DNA of 64,000 bases from an uncultured Verrucomicrobiae bacterium (GTDB lineage Bacteria > Verrucomicrobiota > Verrucomicrobiia > Limisphaerales > JAFGQR01). The notes beneath the pieces are model-generated. The model did not search any database. It was given only the letters and a program-made list of their open reading frames with translations, and was not told where the DNA came from. Of the stretch, positions 32,867-42,976 are shown piece after piece. The translations under genes and the position numbers were made by a program. Each line of letters opens with the position of its first letter. The stretch's first letter is position 1. The DNA lies in the NCBI GenBank assembly GCA_963788655.1, contig CAWBHS010000057.1, forward strand, positions 256,001 to 320,000, in the 5' to 3' direction.

Positions 32867-35800
32867 ATGCCGCGCAAGAAAACGATCAATCCTGCTGCTC
32901 CGAAGGCGGGCGATTCCATCTCGTCGATCAAATATCCCGCCAAGCGGAAGAACATCCCGCCGGCGGGGCTCGAAGCGCAGGGCGTGCTTCAGGAGGCCCC
33001 TCGCCTTCGCTACGAATACAACCCGCATCTGCCGCCGGAGCTTCGCTCGGCCACGGATGCGAGGGAGGCGGACAAGCTGCCGGAGCTTCTGGCCATTGCG
33101 CGAAAACGCGCACTGTCAGCCGACGAGGCGAAGGTACTCGCGGACGCCCTGCGCCGCCACGAGCCGTGGCTGGAGTGGAGCGGGAAGCGCGAGAAACCGT
33201 GGTTCGAGGTCGATCCGGTGGCCCTGCACATGCACGAGCGCATGTCCACCCAGGCCATCCTGCGCGTGTTGGCGCGGGAGGATGTCGAGCGCGATCTCTT
33301 TGCCGATCCGCAGCACGATTATGCCAAGGCCGTGCAGTTCTACCAGCACGACATGGACTGGGCGAACCGCATGATCCTCGGCGACTCGCTCCAGGTCATG
33401 GCCAGCCTCGCCCGGCGCGAAGACCTCGCGGGCAAGGTGCAGATGATCTACATCGACCCGCCCTACGGCATCAAGTTCGCCTCGAACTTCCAGCCGCAGC
33501 TCGGCCAGCGCGACGTAAAGGACCGCGAGCAGGACCTCACCCGCGAGCCGGAGATGGTCAAAGCCTACCGCGACACCTGGACGCTCGGCATCCACTCCTA
33601 CCTCGCCTATCTGCGCGACCGGCTGCAAATGGCCCGCGAACTCCTCGCCGACTCCGGCAGCATCTTCGTGCAGATCAGCGATGAAAATCTGCATCGCGTC
33701 CGGTGCGTGATGGATGAGGTGTTTGGGGCGGGGAATTTCGTTGCCACCGTCATCGTTGCAGAAAACGGGTGCACCAAAAAGGAGGCACGACTGGAGCCAA
33801 TCAATGACTATCTCCTGTGGTATGCGCACGTGACATCGCGAAGGTTAAGACACGAACCGTCTACACTTCACGAAGAAGCGGATGAAGGCGAAGAAGGTAC
33901 GGTTCAATTCAAATCTTTTCACCAGATGGTGAGGCACGACGACTAAGCGATGGCGACGTGGCTGACGCTGCGGAATTGCGATCAAAGGGATCGGCGTCTG
34001 CATTTGCAAGCGATCCGCTGACTTCTGGCGGCGAATTTCGCACCCAACTATTCGCGATCAGTTTCAAGGACCAGATCTTGGAATCCGCCGCGGAATAACT
34101 CATGGAAGACTCAATCGAGGAATCTATGACGGCGTGCCTTGCGTCAGATCGGGTTGATGGCGGGCAAGGGCAGATTCGCTATCGGAAGTTCGTTGACGAT
34201 TATCGCAGCGCAGTGCCGTTGACGAATTTGTGGACCGATGCAGCGCGGAAGCACTGACAAGATTTACGTCGTCCAAACGACTCCAAAGGTGGTTCAGCGC
34301 TGCATCTTGATGACCACCGACCCCGGCGACCTCGTGCTGGACCCGACGTGCGGGAGCGGGACGACGGCGTATGTGGCCGAGCAGTGGGGCCGGCGCTGGA
34401 TCACCTGCGATTCCAGCCGGGTGGCGCTGGCGCTGGCCAAGCACCGGCTGTTGACGGCGAAGTTCGATTACCACCAGCTTCGCCCGCTGAGCGCGGAGGA
34501 CGTGGCGCGCAATCCGCACGGGACGTGGCTGAGCGGGGACACCCTCGCCGCGCCGGACGAAAAGCGGCAGAGGACTGCCGCACTCCAAGACGCTTCGCGA
34601 AGTTCAGGGGCGTCAGATGGTGCGCCAGCTTTTGGACTGCGCCAGTCCTCTGGCGCTTTTTCCACGGGCAAATTCACCTTCAAGTGCAAGACGGTGCCGC
34701 ACATCACGCTCAAGAGCATCGCCCGCAACACCTCGCTTGATCCCATCTTCGCCAAACACGAGCCGATCCTCGCGGATAAGCTGACCCAACTGAACCGCGA
34801 AGTCGCCAAGGTCGGCGCGGCGCTCAAGGAGAAGCTGGTGGAGAAGCTGATCCACAAGCATCGCGAATCCGGCGCGAACGCCGTGACGGACGCCGACACC
34901 CGCCGCTGGCTGCTGCCGGACACGCAGCCGGTCTTGATCCGCTCGTTCCCCGCGAAGAAGCCATTCAAGGGCGTGACGCCGAAGCAGGCGGAGGCTTATC
35001 GCGCCGCGATTCCCAAAGGCGGCTGGCAGGAATGGGAGATCCCCTTTGACACCGATGCCAACTGGCCGAAGCCCTTGCAGGAAGCATTGACCACCTACCG
35101 CGACGCGTGGCGGGCCAAGATGGACGAGGTGAACGCCTGCATCTCCGCCAACGCCGAGATGGAAGAACTGGTGGACAAGCCTGAGCCAGTGAAGGGCGTG
35201 GTGCGGGTGAGCGGCCCGTTCTCGATGGAAGGCGTCATCTCCGTGGAAGACGGCCCCGACACGCCGATCGGCGGAGCGCCGGACGAACTGGAGACTTTCG
35301 ACGGCGACGCGGCGGTGCAGAACGCCGAGGCGCATCTCGATACGATCATCCGCCTGCTCAAAGCGAGCGGCGTAGATTTCCCCGGCAACAAGAACATGAA
35401 GTTCAGCCGGCTCGATCCGCTGACGGATGCCGCCATGATCCATGCCGAAGGTGAGTGGGACACTGCGGCGTTTGGAGTCCCGCCTTCAGGCGGCTCGGGC
35501 GAACCGGCTAAAGCCGGGACTCCGAACGAGAGTTCCCGCCGCGTGGCCGTGAGCATCGGGCCGGCGGTCGGCAACTTCAGCGCGATGCAGGTGGAGGAAA
35601 CGCTGCACACCGCGGGACGCCGGAGCTATGACGACATCGTTTTCGCGGGCTTCGGCTTCGATGCCACCGCGCAGGCGATCATCGATGCCGATCCGAATCC
35701 GCGGGTGCGCTGCCACATGGCGCTCATCCGCCCGGACGTGGCGATGGGCGACCTGCTCAAGACGCAGCCTGGGAGCCAGCTTTTCACCGTCTTCAGCGCC

Positions 35801-36187
35801 CCGCGCGTGAAAGGCCCGACGAAGCAGGCGGACGGCGAGTTCACCGTCGAGGTCGAGGGGATGGATGTCTATGACCCGGTGAGCAACACGCTTTTCCCGA
35901 CGGACAAGGAGCGGATCGCCGCGTGGTTCCTCGATGCGGATTACGACGGACGGACGTTCTGCATCTGCCAGGCGTTTTTCCCGGACAAGAGCAAGTGGTC
36001 CAAGCTGGCCAAGGCGCTCGGCGATGCCGACGTGATAGACGAAGGTGCGTTCGAGGCGTTGAGCGGCTTGACGAGCCTGCCCTTCCCGCGCCCCGAGCGG
36101 CGGGGCAAAGGCGAGACCTGGCGCGTGGCGGTGAAGGTGATAGATCCGCGCGGCAACGAAGGTTTGCGGGTGCTGACGATCAACTAA
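32867..36187 (+). CDS. mod: Type III RM DNA methyltransferase (Mod); central region frameshifted (~33760-34250)
   Basis: ILGDSL, YIDPPYG (motif IV), VQISDEN, then VLDPTCGSGTT (motif I), i.e. beta-class order; C-terminal VAVKVIDPRGNE. Confidence 0.88.
34561..34659. repeat. REP-like inverted pair lying in-frame inside mod
   Basis: aaagcggcagaggactgccgcactccaa / ttggactgcgccagtcctctggcgcttt, 25 of 28 positions complementary. Confidence 0.8.
35470..35527. repeat. Second REP-like inverted pair lying in-frame inside mod
   Basis: gtttggagtcccgccttcaggcgg is the exact reverse complement of intergenic 49186-49209. Confidence 0.85.
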
Positions 36188-36225
36188 CGGCATGTTGTCG
36201 TGCCGCCAACCAAATGGATTGATTT

Positions 36226-37407
36226 ATGAAACTGAAATTTCGCAGAAATGCTCACACGTTGAAGGCGGAGAATTTCGGCCCGATCAAGTCGGGCCGGGTG
36301 GAATTTGGCGACCTCACCATCCTGGTCGGCCCGCAGGCCACCGGCAAAAGCATCTTCCTCCAACTGCTCAAGTTGCTCGTTGACATCCGGCACGTAAAGT
36401 ATGAGTTCAAGCGTGCCGGCATTGACTGGCAAAACAAGTTCGAGCTTTTTCTGGATGTCTATTTTGGGGAAGGCATGAAGAACTTGAAGCAACCGGGAAC
36501 GCATGTGGAATTCGGTGGCGCGCCGGAAAATCTGGAATCTCTAGTCGCCGATACCAAGGCGGCGAAGGGCGAATCCATGTTCTTCATCCCCGCCCAGCGC
36601 GTGCTCACCCTGCGCGATGGCTGGCCCCAGGCCTTCACGTATTACGACCCGGGCGTTCCCTTCACCGTGCGCGAGTTCAGCGAAGAACTGCGCCTTTTGA
36701 TGACGGATCTGTCGCCCACCGAAACCTTGTTCCCCGTGCCGCGCCGGTTGAAACAGGAATTCCGCGACCTGCTCCAGGCTCATGTCTTCCCGGGTTTCAA
36801 CCTCAAGATTGACCCAGCGCGAACACAGAAGCGCCTGGTGCTGACGGCGGGTGAAAACGGAGCGGCCTTGCCGTTCATGGTCTGGTCTGCCGGTCAGCGT
36901 GAATTCGTTCCGCTGCTGTTGGGCTTGTATCATCTGCTCACCCCGGCAGGATCGCCCCGGCGGCAGGGGGTGAAATGGGTTGTGCTCGAGGAGCTGGAGA
37001 TGGGCCTGCATCCGCGGGCCATCAGCATCGTCATGCTGATGGTTTTTGAATTGGTTTCACGTGGTTACCGCGTCTGCATCTCCACCCATTCGCCGCAGGT
37101 GTTGGATGCCGTGTGGGCCTTGAAGCACTTGCACGAGTGCCGGGCCAAGCCTTCCGCCTTGCTCGAAGTCTTCGACGCCCCCGCGACTCAGGGTATGCAA
37201 AGCCTCGCGGAGAAAGTGATGAAGAAGCGCTCCAAAGTTTATTACTTCGACCGCGAAGGTGAAACCATCCGCGACATTTCCGACTTGAATCCTGATAAAG
37301 AAGAAAGCGGCGAAAGCGGTTGGGGCGGGCTTTCCGAGTTCAGCGGCCGGGCCAGCGAAGCGGTCGCAAAAGCGGTTGCAAACGCAGGGAGAAAGGCCCA
37401 GTCGTGA
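36226..37407 (+). CDS. Soluble ABC-type ATPase (AAA_15/AAA_21-like), defence-associated
   Basis: ENFGPIK, Walker A GPQATGKS, signature WSAGQ, Walker B LEELEMGLHP, H-loop STHSP; no TM partner nearby. Confidence 0.85.
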   Translation: MKLKFRRNAHTLKAENFGPIKSGRVEFGDLTILVGPQATGKSIFLQLLKLLVDIRHVKYEFKRAGIDWQNKFELFLDVYFGEGMKNLKQPGTHVEFGGAPENLESLVADTKAAKGESMFFIPAQRVLTLRDGWPQAFTYYDPGVPFTVREFSEELRLLMTDLSPTETLFPVPRRLKQEFRDLLQAHVFPGFNLKIDPARTQKRLVLTAGENGAALPFMVWSAGQREFVPLLLGLYHLLTPAGSPRRQGVKWVVLEELEMGLHPRAISIVMLMVFELVSRGYRVCISTHSPQVLDAVWALKHLHECRAKPSALLEVFDAPATQGMQSLAEKVMKKRSKVYYFDREGETIRDISDLNPDKEESGESGWGGLSEFSGRASEAVAKAVANAGRKAQS

Positions 37408-37871
37408 GTTTCAAAGATGCGGTGGAGTCCACTCCACATCTTGAATGGTGTGCTGGCCTGCAAGCGTTGCGGCGAGAGGACAAGCCACACATTGACCCAG
37501 AAGACCCGCGGCGCTTAAGCGGTAGTGTAGATGTTGATACGGCCTGGCTACAGCTTGATCCGCATGGTAATCGCTGGGATTTTGCCATCGCTTATCAGCA
37601 TGCCAACCGTGCCGAAGAATTCGTTTACTGGGTGGAGCTCCACACCGCGAGCGACTCGCAGGTGAAGAAGGTGATTGCGAAGGCCAACTGGTTGTTGAAC
37701 TGGCTGAAAACCAGCGGCCAACGCCTCAACGCGTTTGAACGCGAAATCCTTTGGGTCGCCAGCGGTGCCACCACGTTCACGCTCACCTCGTTCCAGAAGA
37801 AGCAAATGGCCTTGGCGGGACTGCAACATCGCGGCAAGGTGCTCCGCATCCCCAACCAATATCCCGACTGA
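37404..37871 (+). CDS. 155-aa putative PD-(D/E)xK-fold nuclease, partner of the ATPase
   Basis: GTGA overlap with the ATPase stop; RWDFAIAY...YWVELH resembles a D...ExH variant active site. Confidence 0.55.
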   Translation: MSFKDAVESTPHLEWCAGLQALRREDKPHIDPEDPRRLSGSVDVDTAWLQLDPHGNRWDFAIAYQHANRAEEFVYWVELHTASDSQVKKVIAKANWLLNWLKTSGQRLNAFEREILWVASGATTFTLTSFQKKQMALAGLQHRGKVLRIPNQYPD

Positions 37872-37883
37872 GCGAAACAGCGT

Positions 37884-40800
37884 ATGCCCGAAATCCAGAT
37901 TCCCATTCAGCCAGTCGAGAACCCGATTCTTTGCTCGCCCTACAAGGAGCCGGATCAACACTGGCTTTACGACACCAAGACGGGCATTCCCACGAAGACG
38001 CCCGGTCGCCGGCCCGCGAGTTACTGGTTCAAGACCGAACGCACCGGCAGCGCCCAAATGTCGTTGCTCGCCGAAGAAGAACGGGACGACCTGCCGCTGG
38101 TGAACGCGCTCCGCGAAGACGTGCGCCGTTGGCGGGGCTCGAATTGGGAGAACGCCAGCGAAACGACGAAGAAACTGCTGCGCCATTGGTGGCGCGAAGA
38201 TCGGGGACGACGGTTGTTCTTCTGCCAGGTGGAGGCCGTGGAGACGATTATTTATCTTCGGGAGATTCTGGCCCTTGGCAAAAAGCCCCGCTGGACGCCA
38301 AAGCTGACGCTCGATGATTTCAACACGCTCAGCCATGGGAAGAACCCGCGCCCGGAGGAATGGATGGCGCGAGTAGCGCAGCATCCGAAGTTGGCCGACA
38401 TTCCAAATGAGGCAGGAGCAAAGGCGATCCACCGTTACGCCTGCAAGATGGCCACGGGCAGCGGCAAGACGGTGGTGATGGCGATGCTCATCTCGTGGGC
38501 GTTTTGCAATCGGGGCACGAAGCCGGGCGATCCGCGTTTTCCGCGTCGGGCGCTGGTGCTATGCCCGAACCTCACGATCAAGGAACGGCTGAACGTGCTG
38601 CGCCCCGGCGACCCGAACAACTACTACGAGATGTTCGACATCGTGCCGTCATCGCTGCGTCCCGAACTGGCCAAGGGCAAGGTGCTCGTGACCAACTGGC
38701 ATTGGCTGGCACCCGAAGCGGAGGTTCAAAACGTGGGCGGTGCGCCCATCGTGCGGCTGGGCGCGGAGAGCGCCGAGGCTTTTGCACGTAATCGCTTGGG
38801 CGATCTGTGGGACGAGGAACCGCTGATGGTCCTGAACGATGAAGGCCATCATGCCTACCGACCCGCACCCGTGGACGAGGATGTTAAACTTTCCGCCGAG
38901 GAAAAAGCCGACCGCGAAGAAGCGACGGTGTGGGTGAGTGGGCTGGACAAGATCAATGCCGCCTGCGGCATCGGCATTTGCGTGGATATGTCGGCCACGC
39001 CGTTCTACCTGCATGGCAGCGGTTACCCGGAAGGTTCGCCGTTCCCGTGGATCGTCAGCGACTTCTCGCTGGTGGACGCCATCGAGAGCGGCATCACAAA
39101 GATTCCGCGTCTCCCGGCGATTGATAACACGGGACGGCCCGACCCGAAGTATTTCAAATTGTGGGATCACATTGTCCGCGACTTACGCGCTGGGGAGAAA
39201 CTTACCGGTGGTAAGCCCAAGCCTGCGGTGGTCTATCGCAAGGCCGAGGATGCGTTGTTGACGCTGGCAGGCGAGTGGAAACAGAAACTCGAACAGGTCA
39301 CCTCCTCCGCACCCGGACAGGATCGCACTCCGCCGGTGATGATCGTAGTCTGTGACAACACGGATATAGCCAAAGAGTTTTACCGCGCCATCTCCGGGGA
39401 AGAACTCATTGAGGCAGACGTTCCCGATGAAGAGGATGACGATGAGGATGAAACCCCAAAGCGACGGAAGAAAAAGGCCAAAGCCAAGAAACACTACGGC
39501 GCTGGGCTGCCCGGTTTCTCCGAGTTGTGGAATCGTGAGGGAGCAGAAGTAACGCTGCGCATTGACTCCAAGCTGCTCGCTGCCGCCGAGAGCGAAGACC
39601 CAAACACCACGAAGAAAGAAGCGGCGGAGGAATTGCGGAAGATTGTCTCGACCGTGGGCCGCGTCGGCGAAGCCGGCGAGCACATCCGCTGCGTTGTCAG
39701 CGTGAACATGCTCAGTGAAGGCTGGGACGCAAACAACGTGACGCATATTCTCGGCCTCCGCGCATTTCACAGCCAGTTGCTTTGCGAGCAAGTGGTGGGG
39801 CGGGGCTTGCGTCGTATAGATTACACGCCCGACCCCGTAACGGGATTGTTGACCGCTGAGTACGTGGACATTTTCGGCGTGCCGTTTTCCCTCATTCCTT
39901 TCAAGGGCCGCGAGCCAGGCGGAGGCCCGCCTCCGGAAGACCGCCCCAAGCACGAAGTCATGGCGTTACCCGAGCGGAAGCAATTCGAGATTCGATTTCC
40001 CGTGGTCGAAGGCTACGTGGTTTCACTCCAGCGCAACCTGGTGACCGCCGATTTGGGCAAAGTTGAGCGCACGAAGCTTGATCCGTGGACAACGCCAACG
40101 GATGCCTTCGTTCGTCCGCAGGTCGGTTATCAGATCGGCCATGCCAGCGCCCACGGCGGCTTCGGTTTTGAACTGGTGAATCGCCAGGAATATTACGACT
40201 CAGTTCATCCGCAGACCATCGAGTTTGAGATAACGCGGGAAATTGTCCGTGCGCTTACCGAGGCGGCGCATCCCGGCAAGGAGCGTCTGCGACGCGAGAG
40301 TCGCAGCGCGTTGTTCCCACAGGTGCTCCGAATCGTGCAGGGTTATATGCGGGAGCGCGTGGAGTTCAATGGCTTGAATCCTTGTGAGGTAGGCTTGCAG
40401 ACGTATGCCCAGCACATCATCGGCCGGTTGATTGCCGCGATCACGCCGGACGACAGCAAAGGCGAAGCGCCGTTGCTGCCACGGTTGAACCGCTACAAAC
40501 CGATTGAAAGCACTGAGAAGGTTCACTTCAAGACAGTGAAGCCGGTGCAAGTCACGGGAGCCAGCCACCTGAACTTTGTCGCGTGCGACACCAACTCATG
40601 GGAGCAAGCGGCCACATTCCAACTCGAAAAGCTGGCGAAAGAGGGTGTGGTCTATTGCTACGCCCGTAACGACCGTCTGGAGTTTAACATTCCTTACGAG
40701 CTTTACGGGAATCCCCAAGTGTATGAACCGGACTTCATTGTCCGACTTCGCAACTCTGTGAGTGTGGTGACCGAAATCAAAGGCAAGTCATACGAAGACA

Positions 40801-41078
40801 CAGATGCCAAGCATCAGGCGGCGCGACGGTGGGTCGCAGCAGTGAATCATTGGGGCAGGCTTGGCGAGTGGGACTTCATGGTCTGCCGCGAGCCGCAACG
40901 ATTGTCCGACGAGTTTGCGAAGCTCGTAACCTCACGAAACGAACGCATCCGCGCCGTGGCCGCGGAGTTGAAAACACAGGCCGAAGGTGAGGTTGGGCGG
41001 CTGCGCTCCCTCGGATGGACACAGGCAGACTTTGCGCGAGCGCTCAAGGAATTGCTGGAAACCAAGGGGGGGCTGTAA
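37884..41078 (+). CDS. res: Type III restriction endonuclease/helicase (Res)
   Basis: KMATGSGKT, NDEGHH, SAT, EGWD, QVVGRGLR helicase motifs; C-terminal YEPDFIV...EIKG nuclease. Confidence 0.9.
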   Translation: MPEIQIPIQPVENPILCSPYKEPDQHWLYDTKTGIPTKTPGRRPASYWFKTERTGSAQMSLLAEEERDDLPLVNALREDVRRWRGSNWENASETTKKLLRHWWREDRGRRLFFCQVEAVETIIYLREILALGKKPRWTPKLTLDDFNTLSHGKNPRPEEWMARVAQHPKLADIPNEAGAKAIHRYACKMATGSGKTVVMAMLISWAFCNRGTKPGDPRFPRRALVLCPNLTIKERLNVLRPGDPNNYYEMFDIVPSSLRPELAKGKVLVTNWHWLAPEAEVQNVGGAPIVRLGAESAEAFARNRLGDLWDEEPLMVLNDEGHHAYRPAPVDEDVKLSAEEKADREEATVWVSGLDKINAACGIGICVDMSATPFYLHGSGYPEGSPFPWIVSDFSLVDAIESGITKIPRLPAIDNTGRPDPKYFKLWDHIVRDLRAGEKLTGGKPKPAVVYRKAEDALLTLAGEWKQKLEQVTSSAPGQDRTPPVMIVVCDNTDIAKEFYRAISGEELIEADVPDEEDDDEDETPKRRKKKAKAKKHYGAGLPGFSELWNREGAEVTLRIDSKLLAAAESEDPNTTKKEAAEELRKIVSTVGRVGEAGEHIRCVVSVNMLSEGWDANNVTHILGLRAFHSQLLCEQVVGRGLRRIDYTPDPVTGLLTAEYVDIFGVPFSLIPFKGREPGGGPPPEDRPKHEVMALPERKQFEIRFPVVEGYVVSLQRNLVTADLGKVERTKLDPWTTPTDAFVRPQVGYQIGHASAHGGFGFELVNRQEYYDSVHPQTIEFEITREIVRALTEAAHPGKERLRRESRSALFPQVLRIVQGYMRERVEFNGLNPCEVGLQTYAQHIIGRLIAAITPDDSKGEAPLLPRLNRYKPIESTEKVHFKTVKPVQVTGASHLNFVACDTNSWEQAATFQLEKLAKEGVVYCYARNDRLEFNIPYELYGNPQVYEPDFIVRLRNSVSVVTEIKGKSYEDTDAKHQAARRWVAAVNHWGRLGEWDFMVCREPQRLSDEFAKLVTSRNERIRAVAAELKTQAEGEVGRLRSLGWTQADFARALKELLETKGGL

Positions 41079-41080
41079 TC

Positions 41081-41527
41081 ATGCCAAACCAGAACTATCG
41101 CGTGGTCCTGGACACAAATGAAGTGGTTGGCGCTGGAACAGGCTGGTTGGATCATGGTGTTCCGGTTCCAGACAAGAACTCGCACCGTCGCGTTTTGATC
41201 CGGGTTGCGGAGTCGCACACCGGACTCTACAGCGGCAAAATCGTGGGCGAATATTTGGAGAAGCTCGTGGACCTCGGGCATCCGAAGGAGCGAGCGGTGA
41301 AGATGATCACCTACCTCATGGGAGCCTTCAGCCCGGTGAAGATCGTTTCCAAGTCTGCGCCCGTTCCTCCCGCCGATCCCGATGACGAAGTTGTTCTGCT
41401 CTGCGCAATTGACGGCAATGCCGATTACCTCGTCTCCAAGGACAAACACCTGACAGACATCAAAGGTAGTTACACCAAGCCGGTGATTGGACGAAGTGGC
41501 GAGTTGTCTGGGGCTTTGGGAGCGTGA
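41081..41527 (+). CDS. PIN-domain (VapC/PIN_3-like) ribonuclease
   Basis: RVVLDTN, EY, DPDD, ADYLVSKDKHL; starts 2 bp after the res stop. Confidence 0.8.
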   Translation: MPNQNYRVVLDTNEVVGAGTGWLDHGVPVPDKNSHRRVLIRVAESHTGLYSGKIVGEYLEKLVDLGHPKERAVKMITYLMGAFSPVKIVSKSAPVPPADPDDEVVLLCAIDGNADYLVSKDKHLTDIKGSYTKPVIGRSGELSGALGA

Positions 41528-41557
41528 ATCATTGACAGATTCCCCTTCGGGTCGCGG

Positions 41558-41690
41558 TTGCGCGTGATTGATTGGGAGCAGCCGGCGAACAATGATTTCC
41601 TGCAGGTCAGCCAGTTCAGCGTCACCGGGGCGCTCTACACCTGCCGGCCGGATCTGGTCGGTTTCGTCAACGGCCTGTCGCAGGTGGTCA
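41558..41690 (+). pseudogene. hsdR: Internal fragment of type I hsdR
   Basis: RVIDWEQPANNDFL.VSQFSVTG...RPDLVGFVNGL, broken before the expected ELK. Confidence 0.75.
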
Positions 41691-42624
41691 GCCGACGTTG
41701 CCGCGTTTTACTCTTTCCTGCGGTGACTTCAATGTGGCCGGCCACGCGCCACACGTCCGCCCAATCCAGTCGAAGCAATTCCGATGTCCGCAGTCCGGCC
41801 AAACCACCGATGGCAAGCATCGCCTGCATGGAGCCATGGGCCGCTTGCAACAAGTCTTGAAATTCACTTGGCTGGTAGAACTGGACTTCGGCGGTGTTGG
41901 CGCGTTCCGGACGCATCGCTTCGGCTTCGTTCAAGCGGTGCGTCGGCGGCAGGTAGTCTTTGCGAATAGCCCATTGATGGAATTGCCGGATGGCCGCGCG
42001 GTAATGGTTGCGGCTCTTCGCGGAAAAATCACTGAGCGTGCCAATGAAGGCGTCTAAATGTTCCTTGCCCAGGTCGCAGACGGCGGTGTTAGGGAACGTG
42101 TCGGCGAATTTACGGAGCTGGATTTCCCGATTGTAGGCATATTTTGAGGAGAGTTGCGCCCGCTGACCGTTGGTAGCACGGGTTCTGGGTGCGATGGAAC
42201 CTAGAAACTCCGTCACGGCTTCGTTGATGTCTTTGCGCCCGACATTGGCAACCGTGCGCAGATAGCCGGTGACGGCCTCGCCCAGCGTACGCCCGCCCAG
42301 TTTGACCGCCGCCTCGGCAAACTCAGAAACAGCAGCCAATAGGGAGACGCGACGCCCAGTGGACTGGTAGAAGCCTTGCAGCCGTTCAAATGCGGCAAGG
42401 GCGTCGCGGGACTGAGAGGCGGTGAGGGCGACCGCTTGCGAGCCCTTAGCCAATTCGCGCACGGCCCGCTCGGCGGCTGCGCGGGCTTCCGAATAGGCAG
42501 CGAAAGTTTGCATCCGGCGTTTGCCTGCAACGCTATAAGCGACCCGGTAGTAATTGAACTTTCCGCTTCGAGCGTAGATTTTCGCCTGGCTATTGCGATG
42601 GCGGATGGTGACGGGAAACTTCAC
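41688..42624 (-). pseudogene. int: Tyrosine recombinase/integrase truncated at the C-terminus
   Basis: Core-binding region (KSRNHYRAAIRQF), GLRTSELLRLDW and KSKTRQRRL, then runs into the hsdR fragment; no HxxR or catalytic Tyr. Confidence 0.85.
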
Positions 42625-42705
42625 TCGACGGTCAGAAGTTCGGGGTGAATTCTGTGCAAATTCTGTGCAAGATTGTTGAGGATTACCGTTATCCTCAGTG
42701 TTTTT

Positions 42706-42790
42706 TGGTGCGCATAGCAGGACTTGAACCTGCACGGGTTTCCCCACTACCACCTCAAAGTAGCGCGTCTGCCAATTCCGCCATATGCGC
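42706..42790 (-). tRNA. tRNA-Leu(GAG)
   Basis: GCGCATATGGCGGAATTGGCAGACGCGCTACTTTGAGGTGGTAGTGGGGAAACCCGTGCAGGTTCAAGTCCTGCTATGCGCACCA: 85 nt, long variable arm, GAG anticodon, CCA end. Confidence 0.95.
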
Positions 42791-42976
42791 AAGCTGCGGC
42801 GCTTAATGAACCAACCCAAACCGGAATCTGCAAGCCCGAAATATCGGTCCGTCCCCGGCAATTGACCGGAGGCCCTCGAGGTCGAGGCGGCCCGGCCAAG
42901 AGGTGACTGCCGCGGCCGCCGATTTTGTCGCAGATTTGCTATGGCGTTTTGGGCGGCGCCTGCTTATTCTTTGGGC

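Larger units (their letters stand above)
30309..42734. mobile_element. Degenerate integrative element / defence island at tRNA-Leu(GAG)
   Basis: Identical 29-bp direct repeats (tRNA 3' end) at 30309-30337 and 42706-42734; tyrosine integrase next to the tRNA; RM, TA and defence-type cargo. Confidence 0.9.

Noticed and set aside
32173..33684. 503-aa ORF overlapping the repeat and mod
   Set aside because: Arg/Gly/Pro-rich off-frame shadow with no motifs; the mod frame explains the region.
42625..42861. N-terminal extension of the integrase ORF across the tRNA
   Set aside because: Chance open frame through tRNA-Leu; GTG at 42624 is the more plausible start.
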